Made by a program: the position numbers and the translations under genes. Below the pieces are notes generated by a model that saw nothing but the letters and a program-made list of their open reading frames with translations, did not search any database and had not been told where the DNA came from. From Selaginella moellendorffii (taxonomy: Eukaryota; Plantae; Lycopodiophyta), in NCBI RefSeq assembly GCF_000143415.4, contig NW_003314278.1, forward strand, positions 1,934,362-1,998,361: 64,000 bases of DNA, read 5' to 3'. This document shows positions 12,186 to 23,221 of this stretch, in pieces. Numbering within the stretch: the first letter of the stretch is position 1; every line of letters begins with the position of its first letter.

Positions 12186-13068
12186 AAATGCAAAACCTAA
12201 CCTCACACGCGCGAAATGTCATGACGGTTGGTAATCCCGCCACATCATCATTTCTCGGACTTGGGCGCCACCATTAATTTCTGGATCGGCGCGCGCATGC
12301 GTGAAATCCAAAAGAAATCCGCAACGTCATCATTCCTCGGACTGCATGCACGCGAAATCCAAAAGAAAGATCATGATTGGGATATCATTTAATACCCTCG
12401 CTATATTTATACCATGCATGATTGGATATTCCAAAGCATCTTGTATTCCAAAAATGCCAGATGTTCAGCTAAATAAATTGTCAGAGGATGACGTTCAAGC
12501 ATGTGGGCTCATGCAATTTTGATCCCAAAAAATGCACCAAAAAATGCTCGGCGTCATCTGGCGTTATCTCTTGAATGGCGTGGGCCGCATGCCATTTTCA
12601 GGAGCACATAGGAGTATATTCCTAGAATATTCTGACACGCGCGAGATTGTTTTGAGTTTCTTGGAGATCCAACCGTTAGATCGCAACTAGATTTTACAGA
12701 ATGGTATACAATGTCCTTCTTGATGACCCTGCAAAGAAGCATCTCGATCGGACACCACATGAGACCACACGAGCCTTACAATGTTTCAGGGGCATTTGCC
12801 ATAGATCCGACCATTATTTTGCTCCAAGATTCTACAGTTTGGTGTGCATTGACCTTTCCATCGACACTGCAAAGGGACATCACAATCAGATGCGGGATCA
12901 CAAGAAACCAACTTCACTAACTCTGGTTTCACCAAGATCTACGTAAGGAGTTATGAAATGAAAGGACCCTCTCTATTGAAATGTGTTTATGGTCCTAGGG
13001 GCATTGTGACATATCAAAGGATTTTGCATCAAGTTCTGAATTTGCATGTTTATCAAGCTACTGAATTG

Positions 13069-13100
13069 CTAAACCCTAAACCCTAAACCCTAACCCTAAA
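13069..13100 (+). repeat. Interstitial plant telomeric repeat / telo-box array
   Basis: CTAAACCCTAAACCCTAAACCCTAACCCTAAA. Confidence 0.8.
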
Positions 13101-13899
13101 CATGTGGCAAATGCTGCGTGAAGAAAGATGCCCTTTCTAGGCAAATGCTGTAAGAGGCAGATGCCGAGCAGATGTATCTCAGGCTAGCGAAGGGGACAAA
13201 CGAAAGCTAGCTATAAACATGACGGGATGCAAATAGATTACTAGGCTGGTCCTGCGAAAATCAAAAACCATAATTGAAAACATTGAAAATGCAAAAAGAA
13301 AGGTTTATAATATTTTTGAATTTTAAGCAACCAAAGGAATGTAAGTAGGGCATGTGTTTGTAAGTTTAAAAATGCCTCAGCCATATAAATTCCCAAGTAA
13401 ATAAAGCTATTTCTATTTTTGGTACAGGTAAACTTTATAGCGTGTGGGCTCATGCAATTTTGAACCCAAAAATGCACCAAAAGATGCTCGACTAGCATTA
13501 TTCTTTGAATAGCATGTGGCCTTATATTGCCATAAATGGACGTACACACACAGCATAATTATTCCTTTACACGGCAAATAATCTTGGCGCGGATCGCTGA
13601 CATGGCATGGCAAAGTTCGAATCACTGACATGGCACAGCTGGATCGAGGCAAGGACATGATGTGACAAAGTTCAACCTCCGACAGCAAAGTCTAGAAGCT
13701 ACTCAGTTTGAAATTTGTCAGAGGAATCATAAGATCTGGTTTGTCAGAGGATTTGATGTGACGTTCAAGCGTGTGTTATTTTTGAATTCTCGAACTCATT
13801 CCTAGGTCTATCATTTTTGTGCGCCGTGTTCTTGGTTCCGCTGAGCGCAGTGAGCGCTGCTTGTGTAAGCGGCGTTGTGAGCTGTGGTTTATGCGTTTA

Positions 13900-14030
13900 C
13901 AAGCGGTTGCGGCATTGCGAGCGCCATTGCGAGCGGCAGTTTATGCGAGTGGCAGTTTGTGCGAGCGGCGCTACGAGCAGTTGCGGTGTTGCGAGCGGCG
14001 CTACGAGTAGTTGCGGTGTTGCGAGCGGCA
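13900..14030 (+). repeat. CpG-rich 30-bp tandem repeat upstream of transposase
   Basis: (GCGAGCGGCGCTACGAGYAGTTGCGGTGTT) x2-3 plus degenerate units. Confidence 0.7.
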
Positions 14031-14386
14031 CTATCTTTGGTGTGGCTACCGCTTCCTCTTGATATTCGGCACTTGTGCTTCCTGGTATGTTCACCATGGA
14101 ATGGTTTAGGACCACATTTAGAAATGGCATGAGGCCACATGCCATCTTGGGCCCTTGCAATTTCATGGCTAGCGTATTGTCATGTATGTTTTTACTTGCC
14201 TGCAGCTGTGTGTATATCAAGATGGCATGAGGCCTCATGCCAATTTTGTGAATGCGAAATTTCACGTGGGTGTCAATAGCATGTTTGAATAATGGCATGT
14301 GGCCTCATGCTATTTGGTATGTTATGATTTAGGCCATTCTCCAATCATTTTTTGTATGGTCTTAACTTCTTTTCTGCACTTTCAAA

Positions 14387-17300
14387 ATGGCCTTCAGGGT
14401 TGGGGAAAAGGTTTACATTTTGAATGGTGGGAAGAGAGTTGCAAAAGGGACCCTTGTGTCTATGGATCGGAACTTTGTTATACACTGTCAAAGGCTTGGG
14501 GAAGGCAATGCTGCTGTATCAGTAGAGACTGTCTTCGATGGGAATGTGGTCGCTATTGAACGAGGAGAGATGGTCGTCGGGGTAAATGTTGTTGTTGCCT
14601 TGAAAAATCTGCAGAAGAAAGCAGATGTTGGGGACAGCGCAAGTGCGACGCATGTTCCCTCCGTGGATCTTAAGAACCGTGCTACATGGATTCAGGCAAA
14701 GGTGTTTCTAAACAACCCCAAGGGGGAGGTGGTAGCTGAGGGCTTAGCCACAGTTGTCGATCCAAGAGATGCGGTTGCTAATCAAGAATTGGGCTGGGAT
14801 GATATTGGAGTTGCAATTTTAGAGGTTGTTGACACAGAAGAAAATAGTCTGACTATTGGAAGCATTGTGCGGTGGAAATTGAGGCATTTAGTGTTTGAGA
14901 ATGTGAAGGATTCATAATCAAACACCACTACAACTGATGACAGAACATCTCTTCATGGGAAAAGAAAGTACACCTTCCTATAGCGCAGCCAAAGGGATCT
15001 GAGCAACGAACCGAAAAGGCAGAAAATGGCGATGGAGGTTCGAATGGTCTCGACAGTTGCTTGTTGCAAGAGGAGGTGCTGTCAACATGCTGATTGGGAT
15101 GCTATTGAAGAGGAGAGAGCAAGATACAAGACATTGTCCTGGAAGGCAGCTCGCAATTTTGTGTATGAGGCATTACGGTCATCTGTTGATGCTTCAGAAC
15201 ATCAGGTGGGGGGCATGGTCTTCCAGAGGGGTTTGGTCTGTATGAAGGCATGGAGAATCATTTATGGAGTCCCTCGAACCACATTCTACAGAATCAAAAC
15301 TGAGTTCGAGGAACAAAGGGTTCAACAGGCAGTCCATGGGAACGACGGTACGCACAAAACCAGGGGTCATGTTGTATATGGAGAGGCAATCTTCAAGAGG
15401 TTTGTCGAGACATGTAGCGAGTAGCAACCACATAAAACCCACCTCTTGGAAGATGGAACACGAGACACCCAACGAGTTCTCCCTTCCATGTATACCAAGG
15501 GGGCCATATTGGAAGATGTGAATCGGGAACTCCAGAGTAATGGCTACAGGAAGCTGAGCTAATCTAGATTTAGTAGATTGTGGAGCAACAGGTTCAGGGA
15601 TGTGAGTATAGGAAAGTACTCCAGCTTTTCAAAGTGTGACGAGTGCACTGCTATCAAAATGGCTTTGTCGAAGAATTCTTGCAGCGCTCAAGAGCGAGAG
15701 ACGTTGGTTAGAAGGCGGCTCGACCACAACATCGAGCAGAGAAGCTGCAGGACTGCATATTATCATAACAGGATTCTCTCCATGGAGAGACCTGACTCTT
15801 ACCTCTGCATCATCCACGACAAAATGGACCAGAAAAAGACGTGCTTACCTCAACTCAATCCTGCCCCCAAGGCAATCTCTTCATCCATGCAGCTGCCTGT
15901 GTCTCTGTTTGGCATAATCGCTCATGGGCATGGTGCCCAGAACTATGGGAACTTCTTTGTACCTCTATGGGGTGGCGGGGGTGCAAACATGATGATTGCG
16001 TCCCTAGCAAAACACTTAAGGTCTCTGCAAAGTGCGCAGACTGAGCTGAACGGCCAACCCTTGCATAAGGCCCTTGTCGATCGAACCCCATATAGGGTTC
16101 AGCTGGAGGAGGAGCAAAGGCTTGCAGTATCGCGTGGGGCCCCATGCCATCCCAGTGAATATGTTGGCCGTCAGATTGTAGGGTTATCACGTGAGGCCTC
16201 ATGCCATTCCGACGAGGCTGGTCGCCCGGTGAATGCACAGCCTCATCCAAACGAAGCAGAATCTCAAGGAAGTTCTTGCGGCCGATGTGGCCTTCCACCC
16301 CATCTTCTGCTCCAAACAGACAATGCTGGCAGTGAGAACAAAAACATGTACGTCTTCGCGTACTTGGCGATGCTTGTTGCCAAAGGCATATTTGAAACGG
16401 TTACACTTGGCTTTCTCATGGTTGGGCACACTCATGAAGACGTCGATGCCATGTTCAGTCACCTGGCAGAGTCCCTCCGGCGATCCAATGTCCTCACCCT
16501 CCCACAACTCTACGATGAATTCCAAAATTGCATCAAAGGCACTGTTGAAGCTGCACTTGTGACAGAGGTTCCAGACTTTAAGGGGTTTGTAAGAGGCTAC
16601 ATCAGGGACGGATCCGAAACGCTGATTGGCCACTCCAAGCCTCTTCAGTTTCATTTCAGCATGTGTGACGGTGCTCCAGTGATGAGGTACAAGATGAGAG
16701 AATGGGACACAGTGTGGCTGCTAGTGGACGGCATTGAACTCTTCAAGAGAGATCACATAACTGGGGAACCTATGATTCCTCAGGGTTCCCCACGGCCGAT
16801 GCACCCGGATGGACTCAAAGACCAGGAAAGTATAGTGGCCGGGATTAGACAGCATATTGCCTTCTGGAAGAGGGGGTTGGTGTTTGGTGGAGAATCCTAT
16901 TTTAAGAGGTGCAAGCCTTTGCTCGAATACTAGGAGAAGATTATATCTGCTATCCAAAATGGGCCGGTTGTATATGAAGAATTGGAAGAGTCCTTTTGGC
17001 CAGAACCCAGAGCACCAGATAGTAGCGGAACAATGTCCTCTGGAAATGCAGTGACAGATAACGATGTTGAGGATCACTATTGTGGGCCGAGGAACAAGAA
17101 GCCAGATTCAGCATTCAATCCAGTACAAGTCTACAAAGGAATGGTCGTGCTTGTCAGACCCAGTAATAAAAAACAAATGATATGGGTGGGGCGCTGCATC
17201 ACTGATGCAGAGGAGGACGCGGAAACTAACTCCTTCAATGTAACTGTGGAGTGGTTCAAGCCAAGTTCCGGATATACGAAGGATTGCCTAGAAAAGAGAT

Positions 17301-17528
17301 GGGTGCTGAATCCAAGGGATCCCAGCATGAGCATATCGGTGGATAATGTTGTGCATGGTTGGATGCGGAAGCAGAGTGCCACCATCACCTTGCCAGACCA
17401 TGCAAGAGATGCAGCAAGAGCATTCATAACCCGGGTTCAAGGTGAGATTTACTAATATTCCTTTACTAAGTTTCTAATGTATTTTATTTCAAGGTGAACA
17501 ATCCGAATCTGAATCAGAGGAGGCGTGA
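14387..17528 (+). pseudogene. Sola1-like DDD transposase (~1,030 aa) with N-terminal tandem SH3-like repeats and C-terminal BAH/Tudor-like domain
   Basis: Four ORFs lie in one frame separated only by stops (14915, 14981, 15422, 15560, 16931). Motifs: CCKRRCC, VCMKAW..IYGV.RTTFYR, FSKCDEC, IIHDKMDQ, LQTDNAGSENKN, FLMVGHTHEDVDAMFS. Probable terminal intron 17442-17493. Confidence 0.8.
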
Positions 17529-18120
17529 TGGCATGTGGCCCTTTGCACTAGTATATCTTAATACTGGTCTGAGAAATAGAATGGCATGTGCCCTCAGGCC
17601 TTTTACTAAATCACCTTTGAAAGAAATGCAAGCCTCTATGTCGTAAAAAAAAGGTACTAGAGAAATTCCTTAATAATATGAATGTTATTTAGTTTCATGA
17701 AAATACACTAAGGGTCAAATGAGTTAAATGACTTCTCCAGACTAGCAATGCCTCTTGCTACACCTTCACAATTAGATTCGTTAGAAAAAGATAACATTGA
17801 ATAATATCTAAATGTTCTCACCATTAAGTTATATGTCTGGCTAATAGGAATGACGTTCATCTTGGAAAGCTCACCACACGCTCAATGAACAAACAAATAG
17901 TGTGTGCGCGCATGCCATCGCTCTTCTTTAGCTTTAGATTCGGCTTGTTCACCTTGACAATGAGATTTATTATACAACCAGATGGACTCAGTCTGGACAC
18001 AAAGTCACCGCGCTAGTCACCATGCCCCAGATATGTCTAGCCCCTGGACAAAAAACATATAATTTCACGTCATTTTCAAATACTTGAAAATTTGTACCTA
18101 GTCCCATTTTACTGAATAAA

Positions 18121-18143
18121 TCCCACTTTAACGAAATAGAGCT
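18121..18143 (-). repeat. Right terminal inverted repeat
   Basis: Exact reverse complement of 5774-5796. Confidence 0.9.
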
Positions 18144-18239
18144 TATATATACTATAGGTTGATGAAGCTCCACCACTCTTGGATCGAGGACGGCTTAAAT
18201 ATAACTGAGGTCGAGGAGGCACCACATCATCATCAAAAA

Positions 18240-18814
18240 TGTAGTTCGAGACTCAGGAATCGTACCGGAAATCAGAGAGTCAGGAATAGGGAAGTGTCTC
18301 GAGAGTTAGGAATAGGGAAGTGTCTCAAGAGTCAGGAATATGGTCTGCAGGTCAGGAATCCGGCGAGAGTCAGGAATGTGGCAAGAATTGGGGGATTCCT
18401 AATAGGTCTCGGTCTCGTTCTCGACCTCAGACTCCATCTCGGGTCCTTCTCGGAATCTATCTTGGACTCCATTTTGGACTCCATCTCGGTCCATCTCGGA
18501 CTCCATCTCGGGTCCATCTCAAACTCCATCTCAGACTCCATCTCAGACTCCATCTTGGGTCCATCTCGAACTCCATCTTGGACATTTCCACATGTCATGT
18601 GTTGGTCCTCTTGTGTCCCTTTTCTAGAGACTCACTTATTGCTCGCTTTGTGCTTGTTCCTCGAGCACTTTGTTGGGAGTTCCACTCCCGCTCTTGACTT
18701 TTCAAGTCGAAGCTTTTAGTCCAGACGTATTACGCTTGTTTGGCTTTCGCTTCGACCACTACCATGTGGCACCCTTTCGGTTCAATTTTGGGGCTTAGGG
18801 ATTTGTGTCTCACA
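18240..18814 (-). mobile_element. Gypsy LTR fragment, minus orientation (left boundary uncertain)
   Basis: Begins TGTGAGACAC on minus strand at 18814; about 400 bp homologous (inverted) to the LTR starting at 19353, including the GAGATGGAGTCC repeat tract. Confidence 0.7.
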
Positions 18815-18855
18815 GAATAATACTGGGCTAGGAGGTCCAAATTCAAGAGTTTACA
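18815..18855 (+). mobile_element. Truncated second copy of the 5S-bearing small LTR
   Basis: GAATAATACTGGGCTA..GGAGGTCCAAATTCAAGAGTTTACA matches the reverse complement of 21288-21341 with an internal deletion. Confidence 0.6.
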
Positions 18856-19352
18856 CTCTGGATAACTATAGCACAAATTATAGAAAAATAGAACTTAGTG
18901 CCTAAAGTGGCATGAAACAAGAAAAAGGATGATAGTGCCCTCAAGTAAAAAACTTCCTAGGATGGGGAAGATGCAATGCAAGGTGTTGAAGACACTTAAG
19001 AAATTGACTTTAATAAGTTAAAATTAAAAGTTTGAGAGTGCAATAGTTATGTTGGTAGAGGCCGAGGCTACTCTTGAATGAGTAGTTAAATTGAAATAGA
19101 GACGATGTCCCTAACATGTTTAGCATGAACTAAATGAACAAAGGACCACTATAAGTGGTCTAATGAGTCTTTAAGTTGGAGAGATTATGCTCCTTAGAGG
19201 ATAGACAAAGCATGGTGAGCCTTCAATGTCAAACCATTGACGAATATTGGCTAGGTGCCAAGGATGAGAAGTGGTAATCCATGATGGGTTTACTTTATAA
19301 AAATATGTATTATTCAATGAGGACATCAAACTTTATCTATGGGTGGTGGAAT

Positions 19353-20245
19353 TGTGAGACATAAAATCCCTAGGCCCCAAAGAGGAGTTGAAAGGGTGCC
19401 ACATGGTAGTGGCTAAGATGGAAGCCAAATGAGCATAACACATTTAGATTAAAAGCACCAACTCGAAAAGTCGAGAGGGGAAGTAGAACTCCCAACGAAG
19501 TGCTCAAGGAACAAGCACAAAGCAAGCACTAAGTGAGTCTCTAGAAAATGGATACAAGAGGACTAATATATGACACGTGGAAGTGTCGAGATGGACCCAA
19601 GATGGAGTCTGAGATGGACTTGGGATGGAGTCCGAGATAAACCCCAAATGAACCCAAGATAGACCCGAGATGGAGTCTAAGATAGACCTGAAATGAAATC
19701 CAAGATGGACTCAAGATGGACCCGAGATGGAGTCCGAGATAGACTCGAGATGGAGTACAAAATGGAGTCTGAGATGGACCCAAGATGGACCTAGTGGTAG
19801 TGTTGGCGAACATGGCTATGGATGGAAAGGGACTTGGTGGGGACTGAAAAATGGATATTGGGGAAGGATGTTCCCCATATCTGCGGGCATCCTAAGGATG
19901 CTAAAGAGTGGATCTAGGATGACCACTCATGGACGAATGACCCAGTCTTTGGGAGACAGGACTATGATGCAAGTGGTGTTGGACCACCAGTATGTCAAAG
20001 GTGAATGGGCATGGCCTTAGCATAACAAGCTAATATGTCGGTGGTACCTTTGGGTGTCGGTCATGGGATCAGACACATGAAGCACTTGGACCAAGTGCAA
20101 AGGTTAAATGGCACAAATGCCATTCTTGGGGCTAGTAAGCCCCAAGTCCAGAGTAGAATTTATGGAGGTTGTGAGTGAGACTCTTGAAAGTGGTCGGAAG
20201 TGTGGTTAAGTGATTAAAGTAAAATGGAAAATTTAGTCACTTACA
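19353..20245 (+). mobile_element. Gypsy 3' LTR (893 bp) preceded by polypurine tract
   Basis: PPT-like GGGTGGTGGAAT at 19341-19352; starts TGTGAG, ends CTTACA with a terminus similar to the LTR ending at 960. Confidence 0.75.
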
Positions 20246-20247
20246 AC

Positions 20248-22530
20248 TAGATATCACCAACTTCAAGCTTGCTTTTCGACTTAGAGCATCTACTATGACG
20301 TTGCTTTTCCCAGGTTTATACAGAATCTCTCAATTTTACTCAGCCAAAGCATTGGCTCACCAACCCTGTTTCCCTCTTAGGTCGGGTTGTGATAAAAAAT
20401 GTTTTGTTGCCACATTATCTTTATAAACTTTAAAATGCCTCCCAAGGTAATGTCACCACTTCTTGAGCGCTTTGACCACCATAAACAATTCTTTTTCGTA
20501 GGCAAGCCACTTTTGCTAAGTTTTATCTAACTTTTTTAAGAAGAATGCCACTGAGTGGTTATGTTACTTCAAAACTGTGCCCAACGCAAAGTCTGAAGCG
20601 TCTATTTCTACCTCCAAATTTTTACTAAAGTTTAGTAACACTAATATGGGAATCTTCCTCAACTTCCTTTTAAGGTGGACAAATGCTACCTTACATTCCA
20701 CTATTCATACCATTTTTCTTTTTCCAATTTGATCTATTACAAATACGATTACTTTTGAATAGTGTTTAATAAACTTTCGATAGTAGTTGCATAACCCCAA
20801 AAATGCCTTTAACTCGTGTACATTCAATGGTCGTTCTTCTTGGATTGCTTGGATCTTCTCAAGGTCCACCTTGAGCCCGTCCTTGCCCACCATATACCCA
20901 AGAAACTTTACCTTTTATTAAGCAAAGTTACATGTGCTTTCTTTAGCATACAATTTGTGTTCCTTTAGTTTTACAAACACTTTTGTCAAGTGTTTGGCAT
21001 GCTTCTTTAGCATTTTGTTATAGATTAGGATGTCATCAATATAGACAATTACAAAGTGATTCAAATAGGGTACAAAAATATGGTTCATCAGCGCCAAGAA
21101 CATTGCCAGTGCATTACAGGGTATCACTAAAAACTCAAACCTTCTATACCTTGTCCAATAGGTTATCTTCTTGACATTTTCCTATGCTACCTTGATCTGA
21201 TAGTATTTTGATTTTAAGTCAATCCTCGAGAAATATTTCAACTTTCTCAACTTATCGAATAGGTCCTCAATCCTTGGTAAAGGATACTGTAAGCTCCTGA
21301 ATTTGGACTTCTCGAAAGGTTACTTAGCCCAATACTATTCAAACCCAAGGCTGCTTAATCCCAAGTATCCCAAGACACTTAACCTTTATATTTGAACCTC
21401 TATATATCGCCTCTTGAGTTGTTCTTTTTAGTTACTTACAGGTACTTATTCTTTTTTGTATACTTGTTGAACAATCGGTAGTATATACACATACACATAA
21501 ATTCATCTTTCTTTTTCACCAATAACACAAGTGTCCTATACAATAACTTGCTCAACTTAACATACCCTTTATCCACCAACTCCTTAAATTGGCATTTGAG
21601 CTTCTCGAATTCCTTTGCATTCAATTGATAGAGGGGACAAACCACTGTCTTGGCACCCTTGACTAGCTCAATTTTATGTTCTATCAATTGTGCGGGGGGT
21701 AACCCCGCCAGTAATTCCTTCGACATGGTATCTCAAAATTGGTCTAACATTTGCTAGATCATTAAAGGTACTTCTATTCTTGTCTTTTCCTCACTCCCCA
21801 TTGAAAGCAAGCACAAAAATGCTACTTTAGTTCCTTTAGTGAGTTATCCTCTTGTAGACACTATGTTCAAGCAGGAGTCTTTGGTCTTACATTGCTCTAT
21901 TTTTAGATTTTAAATCCCTAAATTGTTCTCCTTAAGCATTTGCCAGTACCACCAGGTTTTTACCTTGCATGCAGGGTTACCACAAACTGATTTAACCAAT
22001 CCATCCCGAAAATCACGTCAAATCTCACAATATCTAACACAGTGAAATCCATATTTCCTTTCCATATCCTTACTTTGACTTTTACTTGTCGAAGTACCTC
22101 ATCGGTGCTTTGGCTATCTTGAATAAACTCTATAGTTTTTAAGCCACTTCACCATTAGTCGGATTATGCTTATAACCACAAAATTATCTAAAGCACCCAT
22201 GTTGATAAAGATCTTAACAAAGTTATATTTTAGCTTCCATTGGAGGGCTAGTAGATGTCATGAATGACTTTTTACAAAATTGCTCATGTTATGAGGAATT
22301 TTGAGTTAGGGATTGGATATGTACCTTAATTTAGATTTTATTAAACCATATTAACTTTGGCTTTCTTCGGGTAGAAACATTTTTTTGAAAAGTATCCCAC
22401 TTCATTGCACTTGAAGTATATATTATTTCTCACACTACTAACAAACTTAATCTATTAGTTGAACAGGTTGTCCCTTTTGATTTGACTCCCACGTAACTTT
22501 TTTGACAATAAATATTTCCTTTTACAAAAT
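20248..22530 (-). pseudogene. Heavily decayed gag-pol fragment of the same gypsy family
   Basis: Colinear with about 1950-4175 (e.g. [40 protein letters not shown]), with many stops and C>T/G>A changes. Confidence 0.9.
21288..21440 (-). mobile_element. 153-bp solo LTR with 5S rRNA-derived segment (Cassandra-like TRIM)
   Basis: TGTAAG...CTTACA termini; 5-bp TSD GATAC/GGTAC interrupting the YP codons of RT; minus strand of 21305-21360 aligns ungapped to the plant 5S rRNA A/IE/C-box region. Confidence 0.75.
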
Positions 22531-22619
22531 TAATTTACTATATCGCAATATAAAAGGTTTATCCCCTAAGGGATATATTTAACTTCCTTATCCCAACAAA
22601 CAAAAAATCTTATATCATG

Positions 22620-23200
22620 AAATGCTATGCTAGCAGCATATGCCCAATGCATGTATCTTAACAAATATTTGATACAATGCCAAGCACAAGATCATCTAGT
22701 AGAATTCAATTCTATCTGCAACAGTTCAAAACAATAGTCTCCATGATGTAAAAGATTTGCTTGCCAAATTGCCATATCAAACGCTGCTGTATTGGAACAC
22801 AATGATTGCTGCGAATACCCAACTTGGGCATCTTTCCGAAATAATGAAAATGTTTGACGAAATGTGGGTGGACAACAGTGTTGACTGCTCACTTCCACCA
22901 GGCCAATCAAACGAAGCTCTCTTTGTGTTTGACCCCATAAAAATCAATGACGTAGTACCAGACGAGATATGCTTTGTGCTCGTCTTGCTCGCTTGTAGCC
23001 ACGCAGGGAAAGTCTTCCTTGGGCAATGTACTTCCAGTCGATGATGATGGCGGATTTTACAATCCAGCCCAAGAAGTAAAACTACTGCTGCGTTCTAGAC
23101 ATGCTTTCGCGATCCGGGCATTTGAGCGAGGCTAGAGATCTCATCAAAGCCATGCCTTTCAAGGCGGATGCCTCGGACTGGAGGTGCTTTTGCTAGGAGC
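22620..23200 (+). pseudogene. PPR (PLS-E) pseudogene fragment
   Basis: WNTMIAA, VVPDEICFVLVLLACSHAG, YCCVLDMLSRSGHLSEARDLIKAMPF, with stops and frameshifts. Confidence 0.75.
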
Positions 23201-23221
23201 TAGCAGGTCGCCGAGAACGAT

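Larger units (their letters stand above)
5868..17600. repeat. Dispersed 22-bp palindrome ATGGCRTGWGGCCWCAYGCCAT, about 20 copies
   Basis: Copies at about 5868, 6159, 7234, 7309, 8541, 8732, 8873, 10372, 11649, 11709, 11786, 12496, 12575, 13437, 13509, 14124, 14222, 14292, 16129, 16186, 17528, 17581; none noticed outside the TIRs. Confidence 0.9.
5774..18143. mobile_element. 12.37-kb TIR DNA transposon (Sola1-like) with two divergent genes
   Basis: Perfect 23-bp TIRs AGCTCTATTTCGTTAAAGTGGGA (5774-5796) and TCCCACTTTAACGAAATAGAGCT (18121-18143), each flanked by TATA (5770-5773; 18144-18147; candidate 4-bp TSD); contains a DDD transposase. Confidence 0.85.

Noticed and set aside
7065-16933. Premature stops repaired by U-to-C RNA editing or readthrough
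   Set aside because: U-to-C editing is organellar; methylcytosine deamination in a silenced TE explains the stops more simply
5868-17600. Palindromic repeats as a CRISPR array
   Set aside because: Irregular spacing (tens to thousands of bp), located in introns and exons of a eukaryotic transposon, no cas genes
5753-18157. Third (GC-AG) intron at the empty insertion site after the chromodomain, or longer imperfect TIRs with a 3-bp TAT TSD
   Set aside because: The reconstructed intron would be only about 31 nt with a non-canonical donor; exact termini need other copies, and the perfect 23-bp TIR plus TATA is the simplest reading
18159-18719. 186-aa ORF and overlapping ORFs
   Set aside because: Products of LTR short tandem repeats; low complexity, no domain
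20246-20262. ACTAGATATCA as a PBS after the LTR ending at 20245
   Set aside because: It aligns better as the reverse complement of pol (about 4160-4175), and the LTR is preceded by a PPT, so it is a 3' LTR
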